Below, piece by piece: positions 25,426 to 39,105 of a stretch of DNA of 64,000 nucleotides. Numbering within the stretch: the stretch's first letter is position 1; each line of letters begins with the position of its first letter. This DNA comes from Tubiluchus corallicola. Its lineage: Eukaryota; Animalia; Priapulida. A program made the translations under genes and the position numbers. The notes beneath the pieces are model-generated. The model saw only the letters and a program-made list of their open reading frames with translations, searched no databases and was not told the origin of the DNA. The DNA lies in the NCBI GenBank assembly GCA_030141605.1, contig JAQGDQ010000887.1, forward strand, positions 19,571 through 83,570. The letters are read 5' to 3'.

Positions 25426-28400
25426 CTTCTTGCCTTTCGTCTTACTAGTTACTGACTATATGAACTTCTTAATCAAGAGATTATGAGCCTCGAAGTTATT
25501 ACAGGTAAACATACATTTTATATCCGTGTAGTTTACAGATCGCCAACATACCAAATATTGATTTTATAGAACCATTCATCGATGACGTTCAATTGTCGCA
25601 TGATAGTATATTACAAAAATTGCCTGCATATTTTGACAACTACTCGTTTATGTTCGTAGGCGATTTTAATGCAACATGTAGTAAATGGTTTTCTAACGGC
25701 GGTGATGATGTCGCTGGAAATACATAAAACATATATACTATTTGAATTTAACGGACCGTTCTTGTGCCTTACTAGCTCTTGTTATAACAGATTTTACAGG
25801 TTTTTACAATGCTTGACGTTGGCCCAATAGGTAACTGCGATCACTGTCCTGCTCTATGCCGTACGTCATTAAGGGCAGTTTTACCTACTGCTTTCCATAG
25901 AAATTTTTTATTATGCTGACGCCAAGTAGGCGTCTTAAAAATGTCATAAATAACGCTGATTGGGATCTTCTAAGCTTACTGCCAAACGTTAATGAAAGTT
26001 CCGAATATCTTCAAAACAAGTTACTGACGTTGATATATAGATGCTTATACTAATAAGAATTATGTAGGCATACTGACACTATTTTGATAAACATAAATAT
26101 CTCTGCCAACTTCTAGGTTTAAATATTTCTAAAGCATCTGGAAACCATTGCACAACGAATTAATTCTGAAAGAGATACCAAGCTTCCTTATCTGATTCTC
26201 TATGTAGTCTGTATAATAGAGCTATTTAAATATCAACCTTTCAACTTGGAAGAGAGCTAATGTATGTCAGATAGTGAAAAAAGATGATGACCGTCAGCTA
26301 AAAATAACTATAGACCAGTCTCACCTCTTCCATGTTTGTCCAAAGTTCTAGAGATAAGTGTACAAACATTTAAACTGTTACCTGTTTATTGTTAGCGGTT
26401 TACTCACTTTTAGAAATTATGCATTTAAATCCAACGATTGCACAGGCTTTCAGCTTCTTTTTTCGTACATAAGATCTACCAACCATTGGGTACCGGTTAT
26501 AACGTTCTGGCTGTCTTCCTAGACATTTCAAAAACTTCGTTTCTAAAACCGAGGTTTCTAAAACAGTTTGTGACTGTAACCAAAAAAGCTTAAAAAATAA
26601 AAACATGTTTATAAAAAAACTATCACCCAAGTTACAAAGCCGTTTCAAAATGATTTGAAGAAGACATGTTGAAAATGTTTTGGGATGCCGTGTGAACACT
26701 CAGCATTTGCCGTCTGAAAAGGATATAAGTCAGTTAGTTGGTTGTTTAGTTATTTATTTATTTAGTTAGCTTGTTAGTTAGTTTGTTGTTTGTTACTTAG
26801 TTATAGGAAAATACGGGACTTTTTGGAAGTGACGCAGACTCTCCACTAGTAACCATCACTATTATTTGTTTCTCTAACCCTGGTTAAATCAATAGTATGC
26901 GTAATATGGTATAAAATTAAAAATGTCAATTAAGATGAGATTGTATGCGACTGATGGGGAAGGGATGGGATGGTAGCGAGCCAGGCGGGAAAACAGAAGA
27001 CGAAATACCCCATAACTTTGCCTCTAAATAGAGAAATTTTAATAATTCATCTGCTGACCAGTTGCTAGGCAATATAATATTAATTCAGCAAGTATTAACA
27101 TATTTAACCTCAACTGTTAATTGCGACTGTAATAGTCGAAAAAATTATTTTATGTTGTTAAAAAAATGTTAAAATCCAATTGCAATAATTTTAAAAGCTA
27201 ACAATAATGCTTTTTTGTGGGGTTTGGGTTTGGCTAACATCTTTGCTAAAACAATTTTGTTTGCGGCAATTTTGCTTACTTGTTTAAACGAATTTTGCAT
27301 TTTATAGTGCATAATTAACAAATAAAACAAAGAAATATGTACATGCCAATCATGCTATGATATTAATAATTTTATGTAGAAAAATCTGTTTGCATTATTG
27401 GGCTGCATAAAATTTATTTTAAATTAAGCAATTTGTGAGAATGAAGCAGCACCTGGAGTCATATTCGCATTATACATACAGCACACAGAAAATGTTAATA
27501 ATTCAAAAAACAGCAAATTAAAATAATGAAGAAAAATACACAAATGAACAAACTGGTAACAGAGCCTGAGAGATAAACTCTATACAAGGTCTTTGAAAGT
27601 CATTTTTGTCATTGACTTGATAAACTTAATGTTACAAATTCGACAAGGAAAAATTATAACACTTGTGCTTAAGTTTATAAAAGCAACAAAATCCAATAAA
27701 ATCTACGTTTGCTTTTAATTTTGGGGGTATAAAGTCTGGCGCAGTATCTTGACTACACTGGTACAGCAGGAAAGATTCAGAAGAGTAGGCCTGTATTTTT
27801 CCTAATATTGGACAATACCAATTATAAGTATCTGTGAATTGTATACAAGTTTTATAGCAGGTTCTATGGAAAACAGCGCTATGGAAAAGTTTGTTGAAAT
27901 TCTGTTTACTTAAGCATTTTTTTATGTTCTTGTATCTTAGTAATGCAAGTTTTTATTTTAGCTGGTATCAAGTGTTCCGTAAGTTGTCTGCTCCTTGGTC
28001 GACGGAGAAATAGAATGCAGAACCTAGTGATAACTGCTGCTTGGAGTGGAAAAATAAAGAAACTGCAATACAGCTGTAATTTTCAAACATATTTGTAAAT
28101 ACAATTTATCTATTTTGCTTAGTAAAGTTATATGGAACAGCTACAGTATACACGTGAAATCACACATTCATTTTGTCAATTACAATGCTAGTTATGACTA
28201 AATGACCTATAACTGTATAATCGCTACATAATTATAAAAAGATGACCAAGTTTAAATAAATGAAGTACAACATACATCAAGAAAAGCCAAAGGAATACTA
28301 AAAAACTAATTCAAAATGTTAGTTTTGGAATATTCATTAAGTCTGATTGATAAAGTAAACAGTAATTTTTAGCTAACATTAAATAAGTTTACAAGTTGTG

Positions 28401-28805
28401 CACTTTATTGAATTTACATAATAAGAAAAGGCAAAATTATACATGCAAAATTCCAAAAAGCCTATACTACATGATTTTGTTGTTTTGTTGCAATGATCAT
28501 GCAACTGTCAATTCTACATATTTTATCACTACAAATTCTAGTTCCTGAATAAACCTCAAGAGACTTAAGGTCTCTTATACATGTATAAATACTGTTATGA
28601 AACATAACGGTGCACACAAATGATGCTTGCTTCTCTAACCTCTGACAGCTTCCAATTTCAATAAAATGATTTTTGCAAAGCATAATTTTTCAAAATGGGC
28701 AAACACGAGATGCACATTGTACAGAAGAGAAGAACAAGTGGTATACGATTCTATTACACTACAGTTTTTGAACTGAAAACCTGTAACGAAGATCATCATC
28801 TATCA

Positions 28806-29006
28806 TCATTGATGGACTACAGTTGTCGTCTTTTTCTTCTCTGCGCAGCAACAGTAAATCCACACAATTATCCATGGAAAGAAGAATATAGAGATGATGC
28901 AGTGCAGGCAGTGGTTGACTCCAGACTTCTGAGTAGTAATCACAGTCGTTTTTGGTTGTTGTACTGGTTGAGCCACAACAACTGTAGTCGGCTGAGGTTG
29001 CGCCAT
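28806..29006 (-). CDS. Small Cys/His-rich membrane microprotein, paralog 2 (66 aa)
   Basis: Intact ORF MAQPQPTTVVVAQPVQQPKTTVITTQKSGVNHCLHCIISIFFFPWIIVWIYCCCAEKKKTTTVVHQ. Acceptor cattttcag| at 29032-29034, upstream donor at ~29626 (intron ~595 bp), TATATAAG at 29679-29672, AATAAA near 28404-28409. Confidence 0.82.
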   Translation of the reverse strand: MAQPQPTTVVVAQPVQQPKTTVITTQKSGVNHCLHCIISIFFFPWIIVWIYCCCAEKKKTTTVVHQ

Positions 29007-29671
29007 GTCAGACTTTTATTAGACTTGTTAACTGAAAATGCAAAAGAAATTTTTCAGCGGAACAAACTCAAAACAACATTAAGCAAAAACAACGGAACAT
29101 TTAAAAACATTAATTCGAAAGCTTGATTTGACAAGGCTATATAGGATGCAAGTCCAATGTCATGTGTAGCCACAAGAAACACAAGCCTACTCAATTCTTT
29201 ATGATTACAGCCGGCCTACAAGTCGTATTTTTTGCCCATAATCTTCGCTTATATAATATTTTATTTCTCATTCCCTCGTTGTCTTCACTTACATAGCAAT
29301 GTATACGCACCCATAGCCAACAATTAGCCTTGTCCAAAACAGAAATTTCTAGGTCATTAAAATCCGTTTTCCAGGGGCTGAATCACTGATTAATGGGGTA
29401 TGTTTATTAGTGTTAGCACGTACTTCTGTCAGTTTCTATACACTAACATCTAGCGCGCCCGAGCAGAATTTACACTTGTTATAAACATACAACATCCATA
29501 CTCCATAGTGCTGTTTCCACAACTTTACGAAATGACATATTAATCTAGCTCTCTCCAGTGACTGAGAATCAAATAAGCACATCAGGCAGTTGAAAAGAAC
29601 ACATAATACAGGCTGCGCTTACTCGCCTTTTTGTGCACTTTTTAAATCCCCGTCGATGCATCTAGCACACC

Positions 29672-29679
29672 CTTATATA
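29672..29679 (-). promoter_or_regulatory. TATA box of microprotein paralog 2
   Basis: TATATAAG on the minus strand, ~45-50 nt upstream of the first donor, leaving a short non-coding exon 1. Confidence 0.5.
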
Positions 29680-32600
29680 CACAGTTTACAGCTTTATTGG
29701 TAACAATTAGATTACAGTGTAACTGACCTGGATAAATTGTGTAGCTTATTCCAAGATTCCGAGTTTGCGAATGCAGTGTGGAAAAACGACTGGGTCCACA
29801 AGCAGTTATCTTCATTCATGTAATACAATGCAAGTCTAATTAAATGCGTTTCTTAAATCCACAATTACACTCAGGCCACTCATGAAATCTAACTAATGAG
29901 TAACTATAAATTAGAGCATGCAAAACGCCACATATACACACACTTGTTCATAGATGTTCCACATCGTTGATTAATTAGTCACGCACTCAAACTGCAGGAA
30001 GTTTTTGGAAATACGCGAGAAGCAGCTAAGTTGTATTATGCTATTGAAGAACATAACAATCCTCACATAACGAACATTTCACTCTTTAAAAATTGCGATC
30101 GATATAAATTATGTAAGCAATCAAGATCGCAGACACATTTTTCCTTACAAAACCGGTATTTCGCCAATTAGGTATACTGAGCAGCACTATATAGTATCAT
30201 TGAGCAAATGCTGGTCGTACCACAGATAATCCTACTGTAGCACACTAGGCGTAGCCGTTTCGTCATATTAAAGTCAAAGCACAGCATTTATTGCATGCAC
30301 CCACGTGCCATAAGTGCTTTTTGGAATTTCACTGCAATATAAGAAAATTTTGACAACTTACCTATTCATCAAAAGCCTCCCTGCATTAAGAATTTCTGTA
30401 CAAAAGCAAAGAGAACTCTCTCACATACAGAACGTTAACCAGGAACACTAGCTCTAGCCGCCTTACACTCTCACGTTCACAGCAGAAATCGAGTTTACCT
30501 GATTCGTCACGTGACTGTTAAAGAAATAGAGGCATTTCTCGTTTGTTTGAACAGTCAGTTAAATGTACAGTGACCGAAAGCGCGGTTCTATATTGTACAT
30601 TATTTAGTTGACCATAATATTGCTGTCTATTTAGTGCAGTGTTGAAATAGTTTAACGACACAAACATGTACAACAGGCCTACCTTAGACGTCTTGCAATC
30701 ATAGAAACCTTCCTTGCAGCCTGCAAGGCCTATAATTTGTATATCAGTACGTAAATCGATTGGTGGCTTTTATTCCAAGTTATTATTCTACAGAAAACAA
30801 ACTTTAACTATTCATTACCTGACACTTTGTTCAGTTGCAGGAGCTTACTCTCTTACTCTCCTCGGGGCTGATTTGTATAATTTTCAAACCGTACCTGTTT
30901 TTATTATCGTCATGTATATAGTTGTAATGTTTTGTGATGCAAATTAGCCAAATAAAAAAATTATTGAATTGAATGGAATACCTACGACTGTGCGACTAAT
31001 CAGCTATTAAATCAGAATTTTGAACAACTGGCTTTAAAGCTAGCATTCAGCTGCTTGACTTTTTTATATACTTCAGCACACTACAAGCCGGAATGAGCTT
31101 GAGGCAAGATCATTTCCTGGCTTATTATCAAGGAAACCCTCGTCTAACAAGCTGTAAATTTGTATTATATAATTATATGTACTATTTATTTGCTATTTGA
31201 TATCATTTGCAATAGGTGTATTAGCTTTATATTGAAATGTCGCTTGTATTGGTATTTATTTTCAAAACCAATTTTCAAAACTATTTGTGAATTTTATCTG
31301 GTTATACATAATTATTATACTTGTATAATAACGGCAATAAGCAATTTTACATATGATATGATATGTAATTACATAAAATGCAATTGCACTGTAAGGGGTT
31401 CAAACAAGCATTTCTAACTTTATTTTTTACAGTATTCAACAGGAAGGATAAAAGTTTGCACAGTACTAAAAGTCCTTTGTGAATGCCATTACTTTTACTT
31501 TCTTTAGAACGTATTGTCTTTTCACTGTTCTACCTGCTAATCTGATAATCCTTTATAATTTTTTATTCTTCTTACAAAAAGCGACTGCTTTAGAAACTGC
31601 AGTAATGTGGTTTTCTGTAAATTCTAACGTGATTTTATTTCACTTAAAAATAAACTTAAAACGTTTTCTTTAAGAAAATATGGCGATCATTTTTACCTGG
31701 GTTACTTGGGTCAGAGTTCAGACTCGCACCCATATGACCCCCCGGAAAATGGTGACCAAAGTGATCCACGACCCATGACAACGGACGCACTTACAACTCT
31801 GTCAATTGCTCTATAGTTCAGTCGACTAATGACAATTATTATACTATTACAGCAGCATAAATTTTGCAACTAAAATTGTATAATTAACATTATAAGTTTA
31901 TATTGGAATTAATATCGCGTTGCTTTTCTTTTGAAGTGCTCTTTACATTGCATTGTTCGTTAGCATACTGGAAATCCTGTACATGTAGCACCTGTCTGCA
32001 TCAGAACCTGTTTGGCGTTTGGTGCCTACTCTACGCAGGGCATAGTGCACCGAAAACGCGCACGCCAAAACGTAGGCAGTTCCTATAATAATTAATAATA
32101 ATTTAATAATTAACTTTAATTATTAATTGAGTGTACTTGATAGAATATGAAATTTATGGATGCTGCATAGTAATCTTATAAGTTATAAGTCTTATTAAAC
32201 AACTGCATGATATTCTATAACAGCAATTTTTGTAGACATTTATTCAAATCGCCATTTCTCGGTTACGCTGCAAAGCGATACATTTAAAACAAAATAAAGT
32301 AATAACAAAATCTGATAAATTAACAATGCAAATAAAAAAACCGGCTTTAGGCTATAAAATTTTACAAAACATGAAGAAATAAGTTTCTGGATCAGTTTAA
32401 GCCAGTTTACTTCTATCGTCTTATTCTATTGTTTTTAATTAATACATTCTTGGCACAAAGCTGTAGAACAATGCCCATCTTTTGTTAGTAGATGAATGAG
32501 TGACTTCTTCTGGGCTACTAATTTCACTACAGCGACTCTGCCTTTGGCTATTTCTCTCTATGTGCGACACATCCAAGCGTGCCTTAGTCTCGGACGGACC

Positions 32601-32969
32601 GACGGTTAAGTTATTCATCTTAGAAGAATAACTTTAATAATGAGAAAGATTCATGTTCTACCGCAACCATTCAACTTTAGTGTAGTCTGCACTGGTGAGT
32701 GCTGGATTCCAGCTTACAGTGTATCGAACTACATAGAAAACAATCGTGAGTCTATCTGACTATGGGCGTTTCATTACTTAGTATTTTACTAGTTGCATTA
32801 TCTTATCGTGTAAGACAAATTGAACTTGAGCTGAAAAGAACTGTAGCATGGAACTTCGATACTAAAACATGCAAGCTTGTAGCCTTGAAAAACACACAGG
32901 ACTACATTACAGCTATCCGATTTATAGGCCATATTAAATGACATCCTGATAAATTGACAGTCATCTTAT

Positions 32970-33657
32970 TCATTCATCAATATTTTTTAGCCATGGCTTT
33001 ACTTTGCTGTGCGTGGGTTTGTGCCTCTTCAAGTTACCTGAGTGAACAAATGTCTTATCGCACATGTCACATTTGTACGGTTTAATGCCAGTGTGAATGC
33101 GACTATGCGTTGTCAAACCGTCAATGCGACTAAACATCTTACTACAATAACTGCATTTGTAAGGCTTTTCTTTTGTGTGTGTTCTGGTATGCATATTCAG
33201 CGTTCCTGTGAATCGGAAAGTTTTTTCACACAAGTCACATTTGTAAGGTTTCTCGCCCGTATGTATTCTCATGTGCCTCGTCAAGTTACTGCGCTTCGTG
33301 AACGTCACTTGACATACGTCACACATATGCTGATCATATTTGCGCCGGCATTGGCGAACACGCTCTAGTTTTGTGACGTCACTGTCACACTGGGTCGTCA
33401 CGCGGTGAAGCACTTCGCTGTTGCACTGGACGGTTGTAGTCACGTGGTGGTAATTGGTGACATCACTGGCGGTGCTAATTTTCTCGGATGAACCCGTTTC
33501 TGCACAAGAGAGAAGAATCTCTTCCAAATAGGTTTCGGTCAGTGGACCTAGTTCAATCAGCGTTTGCTCCGCCTGAGTTTCGTCTCCAATAATGACGTTA
33601 TTCCAAACAAAATAATCCGTCATTGCAAATTTACTGGTAACATACTCAATCAAGCAT
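32970..33657 (-). CDS. C2H2 zinc-finger protein, 4 tandem Kruppel-type fingers (main coding exon; likely ATG at 33623, ~217 aa)
   Basis: CDVC...[16 protein letters not shown]...[16 protein letters not shown]...[16 protein letters not shown]...HKPTH. Acceptor ttttatcttctttcag| at 33658-33660. Candidate upstream donor AG|gtaaat at 33875. Confidence 0.88.
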
Positions 33658-36600
33658 CTGAAAGAAGATAAAAATAAATAAATGAAAGTTGACTATCCAC
33701 AAATTACTTTTTATCGCAAACGCCATTAGGCGAGTCGTTATCACATGCAGGCATTACTTCAGAAATAAGAGATTAACAACAACGTAATGCATCCCATTCG
33801 TTGTGATTAATTAACAATCTAATTTGTTGCAATTAATTTAATAATAAAAAAAATGCAACAACACATCAAATTTACCTATTGGTACTGCGTCGCACTATTC
33901 GAAAAGTAATAAACGTTCCTGTATTGTATTTAATTTCGCCAGCATTATTAGGTTTTACCGCGGAAACATGGTCTAATGCACATTTAAAGGAAACACAACG
34001 CATTTAATGATAAGATAAATTGTATTCCAGCAAGCCCAAGCTTTTGTCAACAGCATTATCTGAATAGTGCTGTCCATTACGCATGCGCATTAGACCATCA
34101 GCGGCGTGACAGCGCCTGGCAGGTGACAAAACCCTCTGACTCGATTTTCTTTCCAGGCAAATTTGTTTTCCTTGCTTTGTCAGCTGCCAAACTTGTTATG
34201 GGCATAGCAGACAGGAATCAGAAAAACAAGCCGATATGGGCCTTGTGCATGATTTGAGGTTAAAACCCATTAAATCGTTTCAGTTTAGCAATAATTATTA
34301 ACATTTGCACGCAAGACTCTAGGGCAATTCTGACTGTATAGTAATTAAGGATGACAAATTAGATTGCTTGCTTTATGACAGCCTTTTGCACGCAAAGAAA
34401 GTGCATTAATAACTGCCAACTAAGCGAACGCACAAAAATTAATAATGATTTTCCACCATATTTTTCGCCGCATTTTTGCCAAATTTGCTGAATTGTTCCT
34501 TGGAAATGCTGTTTTTATGTCGAAAGGCAATGAAGCGTTTTCGTTGACCATATGGCAAGTTGCCCATTTGATAGCGCCGCACGCACATTCGAATGCATAA
34601 CCCATTAGCAAACGCTGTTACACTTTGCGATAATTATTCTCGTTTCTGCAAGAGATGCCATATAATTGGTTTTGTCATTTATTGCCGAGAATATTTCTGA
34701 TGATGGCATCAATATTGATCACTGACCTGAGCACACTCGTGTTCATCGTTTTATTAATATTAATTAGATAAGCCACATTCTTGATTGGCTGACTATTGTA
34801 GACGGCACTATTTATCAACTGATTACTTAAATAATTATTATTATGGTTCTATAGCTGCAGAAATCCAAGCACACATATAATATGGAAAATCAGTGTAAGG
34901 AATGTAGATTCTCTACACAATACTCGTATGTATCAGCAGTTTTAGCAGTTCAATAACACAGAAGCACTTCTATCTTTTTAAATACAAAAACTGACTCAGT
35001 TTACAGAGTGTCGGTTAGATTAGATGAAGCAAATACACATTAGCAACTGAAGTAGAAAAATGTAATTTATAGGCATAAGTTCACAATATTGTCATACAGT
35101 CATTTATATATTGTACATTTTTACGACTTAAATTAAAAATACTTTACTGCAAACTCTAAAAGGCTGCAATGAAATAAACTAATCATAGTTGACAAACTTT
35201 CGTTAAAATTAGGAGAAAAACGCATGTAACTAGCATAAAAGTTTTGAACTCGTTTTTGGCAAGTTGAAAACTCGTGCCAGGTATCAATTAAGCTTGTTAA
35301 AATTTTTATCATTTGTTAAAATTGTTATCATGTTAAAAATTTTCAAGGCAATATGGCTGTTTTAGATCTAGTGACTATGGTTTGTTTCCTAACATTTACA
35401 AGGATAAGCAATAAGTTCTGCCCTATTTACTCTAGTTTCCTGCGAACATTCGTGTGGGTAATGCCGACCTGGCTCACCTGATCATCAATGATCAATGGCA
35501 ACTGACTTGCACTTCTACCCAGACTTTTGTCACATCCAGGTGTTTTTTCAGCCCCGAGGTAAAATCGGTAGGGCGAGTAGAAACGGCAAACGTCTGTGTG
35601 GCACGTGCCTACACTACAACCAAGAAACGACAACCAGACCTATCAACTTCTCCACAAAAGAGAAGCCTCGGTTGTCATGGCGCGACCAATGCGCTGTGAG
35701 AATAGCATTTGACAAATATTATTGCTGATTAATCATGCTGAATTCACGGCGGTGTGGCATTATTTTCCTTTTATTGATTTGCTTTTCCCTTAGCAAATAC
35801 ACATATGCAATGTGACTATGGTCACAAGCAAACATAGTGACTCATTAGACATCTGGATGCCGGATACATTCCATGTTTGCTTGCTGGAAAAGCTTGCTTT
35901 AAAATGAAGAAAATCAATTAGACAATTTACAAAAACTATGGTGATATGGTTACAAAGTTGCAGTTAGTTACAACACAAAAAATATTGGAGAAAAATGAAA
36001 ATCGCGTTCTGTGTCCAAAAAAACCTCGCGTCAAATTTAGGATTATTAGCGACCGCTTCAGACAAATGCTAGAGGGAAAATTACGATCAAAGTCTTTCAA
36101 AATTTCAAGACTAAAACTCCAGGCCACTTTATAACGCCTAAACGATTGGAACTTCTTTAGTGTAAAAATAAAATTAAACTTTTATGTTTGACCATTTCCT
36201 TTACAAATTAACATTATTCAAGATTTCAAATAAAATTTGAGCTACTAAAAATAATCACGTATGCATACATTGATGGCTGCGTTACACACCACAAACTTCG
36301 CATCGCAAACATACAGTCCAAGAACAGCATTATTTAACTAAATCGGTATCACAAAAAACTGTTTCCATTATCCGAGTCTTTCAGCCAAGTAGCTCAAACA
36401 ATCGGAAGTTAGTAATTATGGGATTTGACACGTACAAATTTATAATAACTGCAATATACACGCCCGAATGCTTAGTTTCGCCGTAAAGCGGTTTTTTTTG
36501 GTGCTTTGTTTCATGATTACTGCCAGGCATGTTGACTGCAGAATGTTATCATTGTTCTTTACGGGAAGTGTGTTTAAGTGTCAGGTGCATTTACCCTTTG

Positions 36601-39025
36601 TAATCAGTCCTTTGTTAGTGTAATCTCGCCACGGACGTGTGGTTGTCATGCTCCTCTATGTTACACCTGATTTATAGACCCACTCCTGACCCAAAGCCAC
36701 TTATTAAACTGGTACTTGTTGCAGTAACTGTATTTTGGCCAATAGATGGCGTCATCCAAATCTACGTGAACAAGTTTATTATGCACTTGTACAATTTATT
36801 TTAATATAACTTAACAATTTTGTAATTAAAGTGTTAAATTCGTTAACGTCCACATTGTCAAATGTTAAACACGTTTTTGGTACACTGTAATAAGCCTATA
36901 TTATAAATATATGCTGTTGCCAAAATCCCATTCAGTGTTTACATTAGAAATCTTATTAGATCTGTTATCTCATGTTTACTTGGCCAGTGGCCAAACTATA
37001 CTATACATATGTGCTTGTATAGTCACTGATGCCTTTGATTTAATTGCTTACTCTGAAAAGCTTCTTAGGAAAATTTAATCATAGTAGTTGAGCATTCAAG
37101 ACTGATTAAACAAAGTATTTGAGATTTTTGTTCTACATAACGAGAAAATCTTGGAATCGCTGACGGTATATTCTCTAAATATAAATGAGATTTTACTTGT
37201 ATTGCCACCTGTATTCAAATCTTTTTGACGATTTTTTCTATATTTTCTTGCATTACTGTTTCCCTTATTTAGTCAGTTTTTTTAAGACGACGCCACATTA
37301 ATTAATAAAAGACTATGTACTGAGGTGAGCAAAACTAAATCTAATGCAATGAAACTTGTCAAAAGTACAGTGTAATTTGTACTAATTTCCCAAAACTATG
37401 ACTAATTCGTCGATGTACATGAAAAAATATCCATTACGGCCAGAATGATAAGGTATAGTTCTTTTGACCGTGTTCCAAGTTCCCAATTCACGCGATCTAT
37501 TTACTGTAACAGAGTAAGCCGTTATTTTTTGGTAACTCAAGAACACATTTAAAAATCAAGCTGTGTTACTTTATTTATTGCATCACACATGCCGCGGCAT
37601 GCGCGCTGAGTTCTAACTCCATGTATATCTATATCTATCTATCTATCTATCTATATAACATTATATATATGTACTTTACCTTCAGAAATTCTTGAATCTA
37701 ACCTACAGAAGTAATGAAACAATTACAGTATTACTGCATATCTTTATACATTTTCTCACACTACATGCCAGAATTCAGTACTCAATGGCAAGGCCTACAT
37801 ATTACGTTGATGGTTATGACAAGATGAGAATTTTATTGCCAATGATAATTCAGATGATATACTTTAGCCAGATGCAGACCTATTGGTTCTTTCTCTCAGA
37901 GCATTAGTATTGTAGATGAAACCACAGAAAGTGATTTCCTTGATGGTCGATAGATCCATTTTCTAATCAGTCCTGGATTTTTTAAGTTTGATCGCCTAAC
38001 ATATACCCTGGCCACTCATCTATTCCCTCGACTTAAATACTGTCAATTTTTCCTAATATCCTCGCTCTTTTTTTATTTTTTTTGCTTCGAGTTTGCGTTA
38101 CAGCTGCACCACTGTCCAAGGGTAACTTCAGCAACTACAACAACAGCGACAGCAACAACTGCAAAAGCGGAATGATTTCCACACAAACTACAACCACTGC
38201 CGACACAACAGCGATAATGTTCAAATGAACATCCGAGCTCAAGTAGCGCTAGGGAGCTTTTCAGTATCAAAATCTAATTGTTATAATACGTTCAAGCAAC
38301 AGTAGCATGATATGTTCTCTATGCCAAAGTCACGTTATTGTTCAGTAACGCATTACAAGTATATACATGTATATTGTTTCCTGAGAAAATGTTAAAGATC
38401 TGTGTGTCTCATTGCTGAAAAAATATAACTATGTAAGACACAGGCCTCAATTATGAAAAAAATATCCATGTCTTGTGTCTCTTGAAAAATAATGTCTGAC
38501 TTCCTGTTGAAAAAAATAAAAAACCTCCTGCTAATGTAATTAAATTCAAGTTAACTATAGAGTTAATTAGCTGTTAGTGTAACTTATTGCTTTATTCAAT
38601 GTTCTTACATTTAAAACAACTAATTTATAGCTAGTTCAGATGTACTCTTCCATATTTTAAACTACAATAAGCAAAATAGAGTAAAAGCCTACCTGTCGCT
38701 GCAGCTGTTACAGTAACCATAATTCCAGTGAAAGGTGTCACAAGCAATAATAAGCCTTAGTAACGCTTGCTATGGGCAAATACGCTGCTTGGCGCAGGTG
38801 ATGTGCGCAGGTGGTGTTGATGGCACATGCTCAAAAAACAATTATTTCCATTTGTTTTGGCCAGCAAGATATCTTAACTCAAAGCATTACACCTGTGCGG
38901 CACATGTGAAACCGCCCACTTTAATTCATTTGTTATGTTTTAGATTTAGATAATCGTAGATCTACTTTTGTCCGTCTTCACTTTTCTCGTTTTCATTGCC
39001 AAAACTACAAGGCAGGTTTGAAATT

Positions 39026-39105
39026 NNNNNNNNNNNNNNNNNNNNNNNNNNNNNNNNNNNNNNNNNNNNNNNNNNNNNNNNNNNNNNNNNNNNNNNNNNN
39101 NNNNN
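39026..39105. other. Assembly gap (80 N) adjacent to a TC-rich microsatellite
   Basis: N run followed by a TC-rich tract at 39106-39190. Confidence 0.99.

Larger units (their letters stand above)
21700..26375 (+). mobile_element. Decayed CR1/L2-like LINE ORF2 remnant (APE endonuclease + start of RT), split by the Gypsy insertion; ends approximate
   Basis: Before the insert: ICRTETRI...RLDRWG (ITETW / RxDR..GGGV-like). After it: VVYRSP, FMFVGDFNA, IGNCDHC, then WKRANVCQIVKK...NYRPVSPLPCLSKVLE. Many stops and frameshifts. Confidence 0.75.

Noticed and set aside
28695-29126. 143-aa plus-strand ORF
   Set aside because: It is the antisense shadow of microprotein paralog 2 and is not preserved at paralog 1.
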